64,000 nt of DNA from Cenococcum geophilum (lineage: Eukaryota): NCBI GenBank assembly GCA_050273025.1, contig CP158635.1, positions 31,930,001 to 31,994,000 on the forward strand, written 5' to 3'. How positions within the stretch are numbered: the first letter of the stretch is position 1; every line of letters begins with the position of its first letter. Made by a program: the position numbers and the translations under genes. Of the stretch, positions 1 to 13,777 are shown piece by piece. A model generated the notes under the pieces. The model had not been told where the DNA came from and made no database searches. It was given only the letters and a program-made list of their open reading frames with translations.

Positions 1-2586
1 TAGAAAAGACGGCTGTAATTAATTAGTGAGAACTACTATAGACTATAAAAGGGATATAGTTATTCTTAGGCTTCTATAACTTCTACTAACGCTTTATTAA
101 AAACTACAGCAAAATTACTTAGCCCCTTAGCCGCCTTACCATAAAGGACTAGCCCTTTTACTTTAATACCGTATATAAGTAGGCTTTTAATAAGCTTAAG
201 AAACGACTGGTCTCCGCTCCCTTACTTACCTACTTTAACCTAAAATAGCCCTTAATGCTAGAAACGGATGCCTTAGATAGTATTATTGCTAGCGTTTATT
301 CCCAGAAGTAGACGGACAGAGAATAGCACCCTATTACTTACTACTTAAAGACTATAATAAATGCTGAGCTAAACTACCCAATCCATAATAAAGAAATGTT
401 GGCTATTATCTTTAGCTTTTAGCACTGGCGAGTATAGCTAAAAGGGACCCCTAAGCCTATTTAGGTAGTTTTAGATTATAAGGCCCTAGAATACTTTATA
501 ATAACTAAGGCCCTTATAGCCCGGTAAGCGTACTAGGTAGACATTCTATCCTAATTTAACTTCCTAATTATATATAGGCTAGGCGCTACTAACTATGCGG
601 ACGCTCTTATAAGACGTAAATAAGACTTAAATAACTAGATAGCCGCGAAGATCTTATTACGGACCTAGACGCTACTATAACTAAAGCACCTTAACCATTA
701 GATATGGGAAGAACTAATTACTAAATCTCTAAGCGCCGAGATATATTCTATTAACCCTATGGAATTCGACCTTATTAATAAACTACTATAAATAAACCGT
801 ACGGACCCTTCTCTACAGAAATACCATAAAAAGGTAAAGGATATTACTAGCTTATAGTCCCTTAAAAATGGACTACTTAAGCACTAGAAATAGCTAGTAG
901 TAGTAGAGGAACGGAACTTATAAACCCGGCTTATTACTAAAGCATATACCTAGGTCTCTACGGCCTACCCTAAAAAAATAAGACCTATAAGATTATTAGT
1001 AACCGTTACTACTGGCCCGAAATAGTTATAAATATTAACCGTTATATACGGAACTGTAATAACTGCCGTAGGTCTATAATTCCACAAGATAAGACCCTAG
1101 GATTATTAAAACCTCTCTTAATACCTAACCACCCCTATTAGTATATCTCTATAGACTTTTATAAGCTACCTATAAACCGCGACGGATATAATATAGTTAT
1201 AATTCTAGTTAACCGCTTTAGTAAGCGCCTATTCTTAATTCCCTATTATAAGAATATTAATGCTAAGAAGGCGGCCCGACTATATATCTACTACGTCTAC
1301 TGCATTTACGGACCACTAGATACTATAGTATCCAATTATAGCCCGTAATTTATATTGGCCTTTTAGAACGAGCTTACCTAGATCCTAGGTATTAGGCTAA
1401 AGCTCTTTATAGTATACTGCCCCTAAATAGACGGCTAGACAGAGATTATAAATTAATATTTAGATTAGAGACTCTGGCCTTTTATTAACTACTTCTAAAA
1501 TAACTAGGGTAAACTACTACCCCTAATAGACTACGCCTAGGTAACCCTACCCTATAACTCTACGGGATTTACACCTATCCAACTAGAAATAGGGTATTTA
1601 CCCTAAATAAGCTTTAACTAGGATAGACTAGAAGGACTATAAACTGTACGCAAGAAACTGTCTTATAAGAAAGCCTAGCAGTACGCTAAGCGCTTAGAGG
1701 AAGCCTAGACGGTAGCCCGTACAAATCTAGAAAAGGCCTAAAAATTAATAGCACAGTAGGTAAATAAGCATAGGCGCGAACCTAACTTTACTATAGGTAA
1801 TATAGTCTAGGTTATAATAAAGAACTAAAAGACGGAACGGCTTAGCTATAAGCTAAACTATTAGATAGCGAGACTATATAAGGTCCTTAAGAAGATAGAT
1901 AACTTATACAAAGTAGAGCTTCTAGATTTGATTAAGGTTTACCCTATTTTCTCGCCGGATAAGCTATAAAAAGCTATAAATAACCTATTGCCCGGACAAA
2001 AGAACGAACCTCCCCTACTAATTTAAGTTAGTAGCGACGACAAATAGAAGATTAAAGAAGTACTAGCCTGTAAACTAGTAAGGAAAACGCTAAAGTACCG
2101 CGTTAGTTAGAAAGGCTATAACCTAAACCCTACCTAGTACCCTATATAGAACTTCATTAGCAGTCCCTATAAGCTTTAAAAATTCTATAGCTATTACCCT
2201 AATAAACTAGGACCCCTAAAGTACCTAGACGAGTGGATAGAGTGCTAGTATAGTAAAGATAATAGGCTACCGGAAGAATATAAAGATAAGAACGCCTTAT
2301 AGGAGTAATACGGACACATAAAGCCTAAGGGCAGGCTTTACTAAAGGGGGGGGGGGTAATATTACGGCACTGGCAGAACTTAGCAGATCTTCGCATTGGC
2401 AAGTTGCCATATATTGCCATATATTGCGGTCACGTAACGCGAAGATCTTATATAACATTGAGCGGCGCTACTCTCCTTCTCCTTTCCTTTCCCTAGCTTT
2501 AGATTCTCGTTTATAGACAATCCAATCGTATAGGCTTACGCGTCTCCCTTACTATGCTTATGCCTTAATTAACTAAGTCGCTAATA
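1..2586 (+). mobile_element. Gypsy/Ty3 chromovirus A, 3' part (RT end, RNase H, integrase, chromodomain, PPT, 3' LTR); RIP-inactivated
   Basis: De-RIPed reading gives RNase H motifs (LETDASD, NYPIHDKEMLAI, DHKALEYF), an HHCC/integrase region and a chromodomain (EW.IEEVLA..YRVSWKGYD, ~2040-2130). PPT aaaggggggggggg at 2343-2356. LTR 2360-2586 with RIPed TG..CA ends (tattac..ctaata). Confidence 0.9.
2360..2586 (+). repeat. 3' LTR of Gypsy A (227 bp)
   Basis: Directly follows the PPT; homologous to the solo LTR at 24183-24383; termini similar to the solo LTR at 44924-45125. Confidence 0.85.
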
Positions 2587-5500
2587 AAATATGTCCTTCC
2601 TACCCGGAATATACTGCGCGAATAAATATATAAGGATTTTAAGCGGTATAAAGGCGTAGTAATAAAGTTGCTTAAGCGCGTGTATAGTAGAATTTATATT
2701 TCTATAGATATATAGACCTTTTAAAGCTTACTAAGTCTCTATAGAATTGTTATTTACTTTATTAATAATACTAGGCAATATTAGAGCTTCTTACTTAGTA
2801 TTCTAGACCTCGCTAGCCGATATACTAGGGTTAATATTGCTAATAGTGTGGCCGCGATCCTTACCGAGTTTAATATTAGTAATAAGCTGGGCCACTTTAT
2901 ACTGGATAACGCGTTAAATAATAACACCTATAGAGAAGCTCCAGTTTAACTGTAAAAAAACGTTAACTATAGTACGCGGGCCATATTATTAATTTTATAG
3001 CTTAAGCGATTCCCTATAGAAAGGATAAAAACGCATTATAAACTAGACTAGAGAAGGCTAAAGATAAGATTAAGTAGCTGGAGCTCTGGCGGAAATAAGG
3101 CCCTATTAGAAAGCTTTATAATATTATTATCTACATTAGCTTAACTTCCTTATAGCGCAAATAGCAATTCGAAGAGTTTTAGCAAATCTTTAGCACCTCT
3201 ATACCGTTAGCTATTAAAAGTAGCACTATACAAACTAGCTAGAAGCTTATCCTTAATATTAACACGCGCTAGAACTCTATATACGATATAATTAATTAGA
3301 CGATCCACCTAAAGTTGGCCATTAATGTATTTATTAAAAAGGAGGAGTAAGAGTAGAAGGCCTACTATAAGCGCGTTATAAAGGATAGGATAAAGCCTTA
3401 TCTAACTAAAGGTAAAAAGAAGCCGTTAATTATAGATAACGCGTTAAGCCGTAAGGATTGGGATATATTAAAAGAGTATATATAAATCTTAAAGCCGCTT
3501 AAAGAAACCACTAAGCTTCTAGAAAGTAGGGCTGCTTAAGGGAAGCTTCTTTAGTAGCGTTTATTACCTTTCTACTAACTACTAATATTAGGCAAAAACG
3601 GCGCTCTATAGGAGGTCCCCCCCTTAATATTCTACCTAATTGGAAGGCTTAATAAATTCGTGCATTAATATAAGGACAATCCTAAGTCCTATTTCCACGC
3701 TAGTCTCTAGCTTAGATAGGAGAAGCTTAATAAGTACTATAAGCTTACTAATAACTGCGCTACCTACGTCGCTTTAGTTATCCTCTACTCGCGATATAAA
3801 TGGAAGTACATTAAGGATAAATAGGCTAGTAAGTAGGAGTAGATTAATACTGCGGAGGAACACGTTAAAGGGTAATAGGCTACGTATAAGAATATAAAGC
3901 TACCTATAGATAAAAAAGCTCGGCTAGCTAATCGCTAGCGGCGCAAGGAGGAGGGCTTAAGAGCCTTCCTAAATAAAGGCTTTAGCGACGACTCTAATAA
4001 AAATAAGACTCGCGATAAGTATAAGGATTAGATAAAGAATAATCCATATAGGGAAAAGAAGGTCTTTAACCCAATTTAGTACTAGTAGGCTCTCCGCATT
4101 AACTATCTATAAGGGCGCGGAGAGACTTTAAGAAGATTTAAAGGAATAATATAAATTCTATCTAAATCTAAGGGTATATAGCTCTCGCTAAGAACAAGAC
4201 GTTGCGTAAAGAAGAGAAGGGAATAATAAGAGAATTATATAATTAAATAGTTAGGGGCTTAGTGGTCGATGCGTGCATACGTACACACGCGGTCTTTAAC
4301 GGACTTTGATAATTCAATTAATCTAGTAGAATTCGGTTAAAGCGTCGGAATTCGTCTATTAAGTGTTTTACTAAAACATTCCTACTATAACTGGGCTAGT
4401 CCCGTTATAGTACCCCCCCTTTTAGCCGAAGGTCTAAATAATTTAATTTTAGTTAAGACTTATAACTTATCGCGTATTATATTTTCGCGTTATATAGCAG
4501 TATAGAGTTTTGCCAATTCTATTATTAAATAGGTTAATTAGGATTTTCCATCCCCGGGATAGAAAATCGCTATTAGCTTAGTTAAGGCGGTAAGCAGAAC
4601 TAATATCTTTACAGTAGGTCTTAGTAAGGCAGATCTAACCAATTAGACAACTTTAACCAGTGGTTAAAGTTCCTTAATATCTTATGTATTACGTAATCGT
4701 ATTATAAACGTTATAACGTATTTTAAGTTCTTTTTAATTTCAAGCTTCCTACTATCGTGTTTTATATATTCGTGTTAGGTAGCAATTATTTACTTTTATA
4801 TCGTGTCCATCCAGCCAAAGTAGGCTATAAAGGATGGTCTTTATGGAATTCTTTTACTAAGGAAGGCGCGTCAGTCTTAATCTGGTTATAGGTTTCCTAA
4901 GTTTATATTTTATATCCTTCCCATTTAATAAGAAGTTTAAATTATTTAGATTATATCTTCTATTGTATATTGTTAATTAAGTTAATAAAGTAAAAGCTAT
5001 TACCGTTATTAACAATTACGGAAGGTAGTAGTAGTACTTCGCGAGTTATAGGTTTACCCTTTAAGGGTTATAGCAAGTTTACGTAAAACGTTAGATATAT
5101 TTTTATCTTAGTTAGTAGTTTAAGTTTATAAGCGTATAGGCTTAGTTTCTTCTTAACTTAGTATAGGCCCGTAAACTTCCAGTCTAGTTTCTTTAAGGGT
5201 TATTAAGTCTTTAGGTTTCGTATATTTAAGTAAACTATATTACCTTCCTTAAAGTCCCACACGGGAGCTCGTCCTTTATTTATATGCTATTTCTATACCG
5301 TTTAAGCGTACGCTAATTTACTTTATAATAGTTCCGTTAACTACTTTATTTAATTAGCAAAGTTATATACGTTAATTAGTTAAATTCTCTTAATTATAGG
5401 TCCTATTATATTAATTTCGGGTTATAGTTTAAATCTAAGTTAAGGGTCTTATCCGTAGGTTGCGTAGAACGGCGTTACGCCTATTAATTCGTTTCTCGTA

Positions 5501-8500
5501 TTATTCACAGTAAACTTAGTTAATAGTAGCCACTTTTTCTAGTCGTCTTATAGGTAGGAGCAGTATATTTATAGGTATTATTCTATAATCGCGTTCGCAA
5601 TTTTAGTTTAACTATTTATCTCTAAATAAAATATAGTTAAGAGTCGTATTTATATACTTAATTATTTATATAGGGCTTACTAGAAGTCTAAAACGAACTA
5701 GCTTCCGCGGTTGGATATTATTAAATTAAAAAGTCCGTATAGCTTAAAGACGTACTTAATAAAACATTCGGCTACTAATATTGTATTAATAGAGTCTATA
5801 GGAATTATATGTCGCATTTTTATAAAATAGTTAATAACTACTATAACATTTATAAACCTATTACTATTAGGCAGGTTAACTATAAAGTTAATAAAAATAT
5901 CTCGCTATCTTTACATTAAAATTAGCAACAGTTAAAGTACTCCTTACTTCTTCACATAAGAGGTCTTCCCACATACGCACATTCTGTATACTTAAATGTA
6001 TTTTCGTATATAGTCGTGCATTATAGGCTAGTAATATGCTCGTTAGATAATCTTATAGGTCTTTATATAGCCAGAATACCCTACTATAGGGGAATTATAT
6101 ACGAATTCGAGTATTTTAAATTATAAGGGTTTGGAATTCGGGACTACAATCTTCTATTAATAGTATAACCAATTATTGCGGATTTTGCATTTAGCGAGTG
6201 TAATATCCTTATATTGCCTTTTCCCTATTTAAATCGCTTTTATTATATCTACTATCTAGGGGTTGTTCTTATATTCGTGCTCTATTAATTTATTAATTTC
6301 TATATCCCACTTATTAATTTCCAATTTATTTCTATTAAGCTCCGCGTCTAAAAACATAGGGCGTAGTTTCTTAAAGCGTTTAGAAGGTAGTAGAATTCAC
6401 AATTAATTTATAATCCGTTTATTAAAGGCGTTTATAGGTAAGTCCTATAATTGTTATATTAATAAGTTAGGCTTCTAATTAAGTTTACTAGGTCGGTATA
6501 TAATCTTAAAGTTAAATTATAAGAGGTATTCGGCCCAACGAATTTAGCGCTATATTAATTGCTTTATAGTTATAAAGTACTATAGGTTTTTATAGTCTGT
6601 TAATACGCGTATTAGGAACAACAATCCTTTAAGTTCTAAACGCCATTATTTAAAGCATCTAACAATTATAAGTAGTTCCTTATTATATATCTTATAGTTT
6701 AATTTAATAGGGGTAAGTTTCCAGGAGAGAAAGGCTACTAGGCGCAGCTCGCCGTTTTTATTATATTGCGATAACACTCCTCCTAGTATATAATCAGACG
6801 AGTCTATTTTAACGATGTATTTAAGGTCTAGATTAAAGTAGGTAAAAATTAAAGCAGTTATAAAACAATATTTTAGGTCGTTAAAAGCTTATTTACATTT
6901 AGTAGTCTATTTAAATCTTATATTCTTCCTTATTAAGTTTACTAATAGCTAAATAATTTTTAAGAAGTAATTAATAAATCGACGGTAGAAATTTACGAAT
7001 CCTAAAAATCCTTAGATGTTTTATACACTACTAGAACTTTCCCAGTTTATAATTATAGCGATTTTCTTAGGGTCTATTTTAATTCCATTATGGGATATAA
7101 TTAGGCCTAAGTATATAACTTCGGACGCATAGAACTTGTATTTCTTAATATTACATTATAAGCCCGCGTCTTATAGGCGTTTAAGAACTAATTAGACGTG
7201 CTTCCAATGCTTAGAAAGCAAAGACAAGTAAATTAAGATATTATTAATATACGCGGTAACAAATATATTAAGGAATTCGCGAAGTATATCGTTAATATAT
7301 TACTAAAACGTATTAGGACCGTTTTTTACACTAAACGGCATTACTAGGTATTTAAAAAGTCCCCATTATATACGGAAAGCCGTATACTTCTTATCTCCTT
7401 CATAAACACGGATTTAATTAAAGGCAGCGACTACGTTAAGCTTTGTAAAGTATTATACTTTTACTAAGCGGTTAAGCGTTTCTTAAAGCAGAGGAATTGG
7501 ATATTAGTTTTAAATCGTAATCGCATTTAGGGCTTAATAATTAATATAGAACCTTAAGCCTCCTTTAGGTTTCTTAATAAATAATATAGGTAAGGCGAAT
7601 AGTAATTAATTAGGGCGAATAAATCCTTTCTCTAGGTGCTCTTTAAGGTATTATTATATTATAAGCAGTTCTTCTTATAACATACCGTATAACGGGCCGA
7701 ACTTTAGCATTATACTAGGTTTAAGTTCTATCTTAAAATCGTGCTCGTCTTAATACGGGGGTAGTTAGTCTATAAATTGTTTCTTAAACGTATTAATTAG
7801 ATTGTAATATTCTTTAGGTATAAGGGGTCGAGGGTTAATATATTGCTTTAGTTCCAACGCTTTCTTAATGTCTTTTAGTATTATAGCAAAGATCTTATAG
7901 TCTTATTTTCTTACTAATAAGTAAAAGGGTACGGCTTATACTATATAAATTTTAAGGGGTTTTAATATATTATCTTCGCATTCTTTACCACAATTAGCAG
8001 TTATACCTTTATTATATTGGTTTAAGGTTTATAGTAAGGGTAATTTATATTATATTAAATTTAAATAGTTGTGTGCATATTTGTAGGGTAAGTAGTATTT
8101 TAAGTAATAACTTCGGCAGTAGGTTATACGGAATTTTAGTATTTCTTTAACCTAGCTAATTAAAGGGTTGTATTGTTTTAGCTATCTATATCTAAGTATT
8201 ACCTTATAATACTTTAAGGGTATTATAAATAGGGAAACGTATTTAAGGTATTTGCCTATCCGTATCTTTATAAGAGCGTAGTATGTTAATTCGCCGTATA
8301 TTAAAGGCTTACTATTAAAGCCTTATAGGCCTTAGGGCTTATTAAGTTTCTTTAAATTTAAGCGTTAAGTTTTTACGTAGTTCGTATTAATAAAGCCTAT
8401 ACTAGTAGCTCCGCTATTTATAAGGATTTATACTTCCTTCTATTTTCTAAGTATTTAAATTTCGCTAAGTATATTAAGGGAGTCGTGTTATATATTAGCG

Positions 8501-10351
8501 CTAGAAGAGCCTAGACACTTATACTCTTCTACTTCTTATCCTAAGGCGCGACTTAGTCTTAGGATAATTCGTTTTCCAAATTAACTAAAGGTAAGATGCT
8601 TTATGGCAACTAAGTATAATTTATAAAATAAGTGCGACTTAAGGACTAAGAGGAGCTACGGCGGACTTTTTTAAAAGGGTAAGTTTGGCAATCCCTTTAA
8701 ATATATCCCTTTTTTCTATATTTAAAACATTCTCTATTTACGGCTTGTGTTTTTCGTTTATTAGTTCTTAAGGGTGCATAGAATTAAGTAGCGTTAAGGT
8801 CTATAGGGTTATATATAGGGCTTTTAGGTCTTAGAGACGGGTCGCGCTTTAGGGTATATATTAGTTTCGTGGAGTTTTAAATATAAAGTATAGTTGGCTT
8901 TAGGGAATAAGTTTATTTGTTATATTAAAGGTCCTTATTAATTCGTTAATATATTATAGTAAATTTGGGTAAGTCCTTTAGTAGTTCTCTACCTACTAAC
9001 TATGCTCTAATTTTATCTAAAATAGCTTAACGGAGAGCAGTAACTCTAGCGGCTTTATTTTAATCTAGTTCACTAATAAGGCCTAAAAATTCCAAAAAGA
9101 AGCTAGTAAAGTCTCGGTTCCGTTATTATAGGTTTTTAAATTTAGTAACAGCTATATATTCGCGGCTAGCGTTATTATATATTTGTTCTAGTAGAGAGAT
9201 AAAGATTTTAAAATTAATAAAGGTGCCGTTATAGAAGAATGGGTCTATAGTTCGTGTAGCGTCTTTACTTAAACAAGATATTCCATAGCTAATCTTACTA
9301 GCTTTAGTAGGGTATTAGTTATAATTTATTAAAAGTTTAAAATAGAGCTTAGTTATAAAGGGATATAGGTTATTTTAATTTCTATTAAACATTAGAGGGT
9401 TAGGGAGCTTTTTAGATTTCGTAGTAGGCACTAGGTTTATTATAGGTATAGGTTAAGTTGCCGTTACTAGTTTAGGGTTTATATTTAACAGGTTAGGTTT
9501 ACATATAGTTATTTTAATTTTATTTACAGGTGTTGCTATTAGGGTCTTTAACACAAGTACTTTAGCGTTATAGAGTTCTTTATATATTACTTTAATTGAT
9601 TGCTAATACTAAGCTTCTAGTATAGTTTGTTGCTGGGCTAAGGCATCTATAAAGGACTATTACATTATAGTTATTTATTCCCTAACTAGGGCTATAATAG
9701 TTATCGTGGCGGATTTAAGTTCGTTTGCCATTTTAAGGGTATTAGTATTAACACAACGTAATATAAGGGCGTGGAGAGACTTTGGGAAGATTCGAAGGAA
9801 TAATATAAATTCTATCTAAATCTAAGGGTATATAGCTCTTGCTAAGAACAAGACATTGCGTAAAGAAGAGAAGGGAATAATAAGAGAATTATATAATTAA
9901 ATAGTTAGGGGCTTGGTGGTTAATGCGTGCGCATATACGCACGCGGTCTTCGACGGACTTCGGTAATTCGATTAATCTGGCAGAATTCGGTCAAAGCGTC
10001 GGAATTCGTCTGTCAAGTGTTTCACCAAGACATTCCTACTATAACTAGGCTAGTCCCGTTACACTATCCACGCCTCTTACGCTTCGCGATTAATTAATTT
10101 AGTGCATTAGTAATAAGCGATAAGCTAGAATAAGTGTTTAGTGTTACTGGAAATATAGTGCGGCCGAATAAGGCAAGGCTTAAAGCTAACGTAATTGGTG
10201 CTGCTATATGTTTAGGGCAATAGGATAAGAACGGCGTTATTAATATAAGCCGCTAAGGTTAGTAAGTAGATATAAAACGGCTTTAGTAATGAATAGAGGA
10301 CTAATAGATGGCAGATAACGACTCGATCCTACCATCGAAACCTTAACACTA
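2587..10351 (+). mobile_element. hAT-superfamily DNA transposon (RIPed transposase), interrupted by Gypsy B at 4108-10063; 5' part probably lies upstream of Gypsy A, outside the window
   Basis: De-RIPed motifs IHIS.D.WT (~2690), GRHTG.NIA, GHF.LDNASNND (~2890-2925), TRWNS (~3262) and, after the insertion, the C-terminal dimerisation domain YPRL.RFA....SAPAMS.EPERVFS (10064-10200). Putative right TIR ccatcgaaaccttaacacta ends at 10351 (reverse complement starts TAG). Confidence 0.85.
4108..10063 (-). mobile_element. Full-length Gypsy/Ty3 chromovirus B (gag-pol, RIP-inactivated)
   Basis: 302-bp LTRs at 4108-4409 and 9762-10063; 5-bp TSD ctatc (4103-4107, 10064-10068); minus-strand PPT at ~4413-4423; gag ATG at 9731; RT 'TAY.DDI' ~7240-7260; integrase; chromodomain 'LIKWEGY' ~4915-4940. 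Confidence 0.95.
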
Positions 10352-10519
10352 CGCTAGTAATATTATATATTGCGGATTTCCTCTTATAGCCAGCGGCGCT
10401 ACACAGAGGACCTACACAGAGGGGCTTATGTAAAGGCTCTGCGGGCAAGATTTAGGCGAATTAGACGACTTTTAGTTGCTACATTATACTAAGACTTTGT
10501 ATAGAGATTATATATACTA

Positions 10520-13149
10520 TCTTAACAATTTAAGCCTTTTAAATCTTCCGGAACTAGCCCGAGTTAATTTAATTCAATGATTTTAAAGCGCCAAGCAATT
10601 TAATTTAAGTCTAAGGTTGTTAGAAGACTTAAAAGGCTTACTGCTATGCCTAATTATTACTTTAGAAGAAGACAACGTCTTAATAGAATCGTATTTTAAT
10701 TAGCTGGTAAGTCTTGCGAATAGTAGGTAGGATAGTAGCTTTGTTTTTGTTCTTGGCGGTATATATAAAGTTAAATTTAGAATATATATAATAGAAATAT
10801 ATAATATATCTATCGCCGTTATATCCTAGTTCTTTAAGGCTAATAATATTAAATGCTAGCCGTTTAAATGGTTGAGTAGCTAGATATTTATATTCTCGTC
10901 TTTAAGAGATCTACTACATATACTTTGCTAATAAGCAGACTTTATATTTAATTTTAAGCGGTACTCGTTCGTCAATTAGTCCTTTAAGCTCTACGCTATT
11001 AATATACTTAGGAAGCTGCTTAATAGCGTTAGGTCCTATATAGCTTAGAATTTTATACTATTTTGTAGCTATAGCTCTAACTAGTTTATAGGCTATTCTA
11101 CCTAGTTAAAATCTTCTTATTAAGAAGGTTAATTAAGTTATTAAATCTAGGATATTTATAGGCTTAGGCTGTCTGTGCATTAGCGCCTAATAGCCCCCTA
11201 GTTATTTTATATAGCATGCTATTTTGCTAGTTACTAAACGGTAGAGTAAGTTTCGTCCTAAGTTAAAATAGATATTATTATCTGTAGCCCTTAATAGTGC
11301 TATAATATTTGTAAATATAGTAGGTACTAGTGCTATATAGGATAGCTTTATTTTTAACTTCCTAGTAGGTGTGTTAATAGTAATGGTTACTATTCTGTAG
11401 GCTTATATATTTTTTAAATTTCCACTAGTAATTAGGTAGTTATCCTCTACAGCTAGGTAGGAGAAGGTAAAGTCTTCTTAGTTATTATAGACGTAGGTAT
11501 CTATACTAGGGTTAAGTATCTAGGTATTCTAAAGTTTAAATAGAAATTAACTAGTACTAAATACGGCAGTATAGCTAGTTGGGGTCTTAGATAGTAGGGT
11601 TTTAGAATTAAAATTAATTATAAATTCTATACTCTTTACTTCCTATTCTTCTTTTTAAATGTGGTTAACTATACGTCTAACCTAGGGTATAGAAGATATT
11701 ATTTCTTCTATTTTCTTAAGGACGTCTAGCCTTAGTTTTTACCCTTAAGGGCGCTTCTACTCAGCGATATAGTAGCAGTTGCTGTATTGATGTTTATAAC
11801 TGTAAATGCATTTCTTATACCATTTTAAATTAGAATTTACATTAGGGTTAGAATTTAAATTAGAATTAGAATTGCCTTATAGGGTTATAAAGGCAGAGCT
11901 ATTAGCAGTAGTAGATAATAATGCTACTTGCTATATATGGTAGTGCTCCTTAAATTCTTTAATTAGGTTAATAATAGATAGGGCTTCTTTGTCCTTGCGT
12001 TCCTTATAAATAAGGTTTACTTTTAGAGCTCCTGCAAAGCTAGAAGAGATAGGCTTAATTACTTAAATAAAGTTATAGTGTAGCCTAAAGCCTTATATAT
12101 TTAGTAGTTCTAATTACTTAGTAAGCTTATAGACGTTCCGCTAGTTGTTTAACTATTTATTAATACTCTACTTTTTATTGTAGGCTTTTAAAGCCGTATA
12201 TTAAATAAGGACGTTATACTTTTAACCTAATGTAGTAGGAGCTAGAGCCCTCTTAAGTGCTTATAGCCATCTGTATACTATATCTAGGCCATTAATAAGA
12301 GGAACATAGGCTACTGACGTTGTTCGTATAATATAGTTACTGATATTATTAATGGCCTATTCTTACTTTTAATATATTTAAAGATCGTCCTTGTATTTAG
12401 AATAGAGCTGGTTATAGGCGATAAGCTAATTTAGGTCTAGCTTCGCTATTAATATAGCCGCTAGTAGTACATCTCTTAGTATAGGTTAACTTAGTAGTTC
12501 TAGTATTAAAAGATCCTTTTCCTTCTTTAATGGGTCGATATATTGCTATACCTTATTTATTTTAGCTGTGTTTTAAATAATAAAGAACTATTAAATCTAA
12601 TTAGATGGCTGGTTAAGGATAAGGTTAACTTTTAATTTAGTAATAGTTGTTATTTTTAGAATTTAATAGGTTAGGTAGGGTCCAATTAGCGTCTTAGTAA
12701 AAACCTTATTTTAACGTTTTAAACTTTTGATTTAATTTGTTAGTTCGTTCATTGGTTAGTTATATAGTTATTAGTTAAGGTTAATTATCCGTTTATTTAA
12801 TAGGTAAAGAAGCTTAAGATACTATAAAGGTGGTAAAAGTAGTAACTTCTTAAATAAGGTAGTAGATTAATTGCTTAGTAGGTGGTGCGGTCCGGGCTTA
12901 TAACTATAAGCTTTATAGTATAGTAAATTAAATAAACGACTTAATTGTAAATGTAGCTCTAAAGCCTCTATATATATATACGAAGAAGGTAGAGGTAATA
13001 AGACATAAAAGGGTAATAGGTAACTGAAATGGGAATAGTGATCTGTAAGTAATATTGATCTGCAATTAATATATAGGGTGGTGTTGACGCTGTCTTAGAG
13101 CCTTCCAAGCGGTAATCTTGTGTCTTAGCAGTGTCGGTAGTCGGTTACA
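10520..13149 (-). mobile_element. 3'-truncated Copia/Ty1 retrotransposon (5' LTR, gag, protease, start of integrase); RIPed
   Basis: LTR 12905-13149 followed on the minus strand by the Copia PBS-type sequence gttat(g)agcccgg; gag N-terminus 'W..W...I...A....VWQYIDP'; Cys/His knuckle ~11775-11812; protease 'WILDPG.DTHVCN' ~11485-11525. Left boundary approximate. Confidence 0.75.
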
Positions 13150-13583
13150 GTTATATATACTAAGTATATACAGATACTATCCCACGCTATTAAGATATGC
13201 GTCTAAGTGGACGAGCTAGAGGCTCTAGATTAAATAGAGTCTTGATAAACTTAACGTTTAGATTTTATTAATTAATAAGGCCCCAAATCATTATAATAAA
13301 TCATAAATATGCTATATTATTGATTTAATCGTAATTAGATTAAGTTAAGGTGTTTTTGCTAGCAAAGTCCTTCTTTACAGAGCGGTGCAAAGCTTTAGAT
13401 TCTATAGTAGAGAATTTTAGTTCGCGCATGGGCCATATCTTAACAGCGCATAGAATAGCGCAACCTATCTTATATAGAAACAGTAGGGTGTATAGATCGA
13501 GTGTATACAACGTATATACTTACTATTCTATAATAACCTAGCTCGCTTATTTAACGCTATAGTTAGGGGAAGTATATATGGGG

Positions 13584-13777
13584 TGTCACGGAACTTACCC
13601 GTTCTTACGTTCCTAACCCGTGCGCACATACCACGACAGCCCCTATATCTTGACCACGTTTCCCTAAATCTGTTCTATTCTCTGTTGAACGTCTTGATCC
13701 ATCACGCGTCAATGTACTTAGCACGGTCAATAGCTAGCAATCAAGCTTATTTGCAACTGCTCAGTCGATCCGCGACA
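13584..13777. repeat. Solo LTR (194 bp), little RIP damage
   Basis: Ends TGTCACGGA..TCCGCGACA (inverted termini); flanks tgggg/cggga are compatible with a 5-bp TSD altered by two transitions; internal TATA-like motif. Confidence 0.7.
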
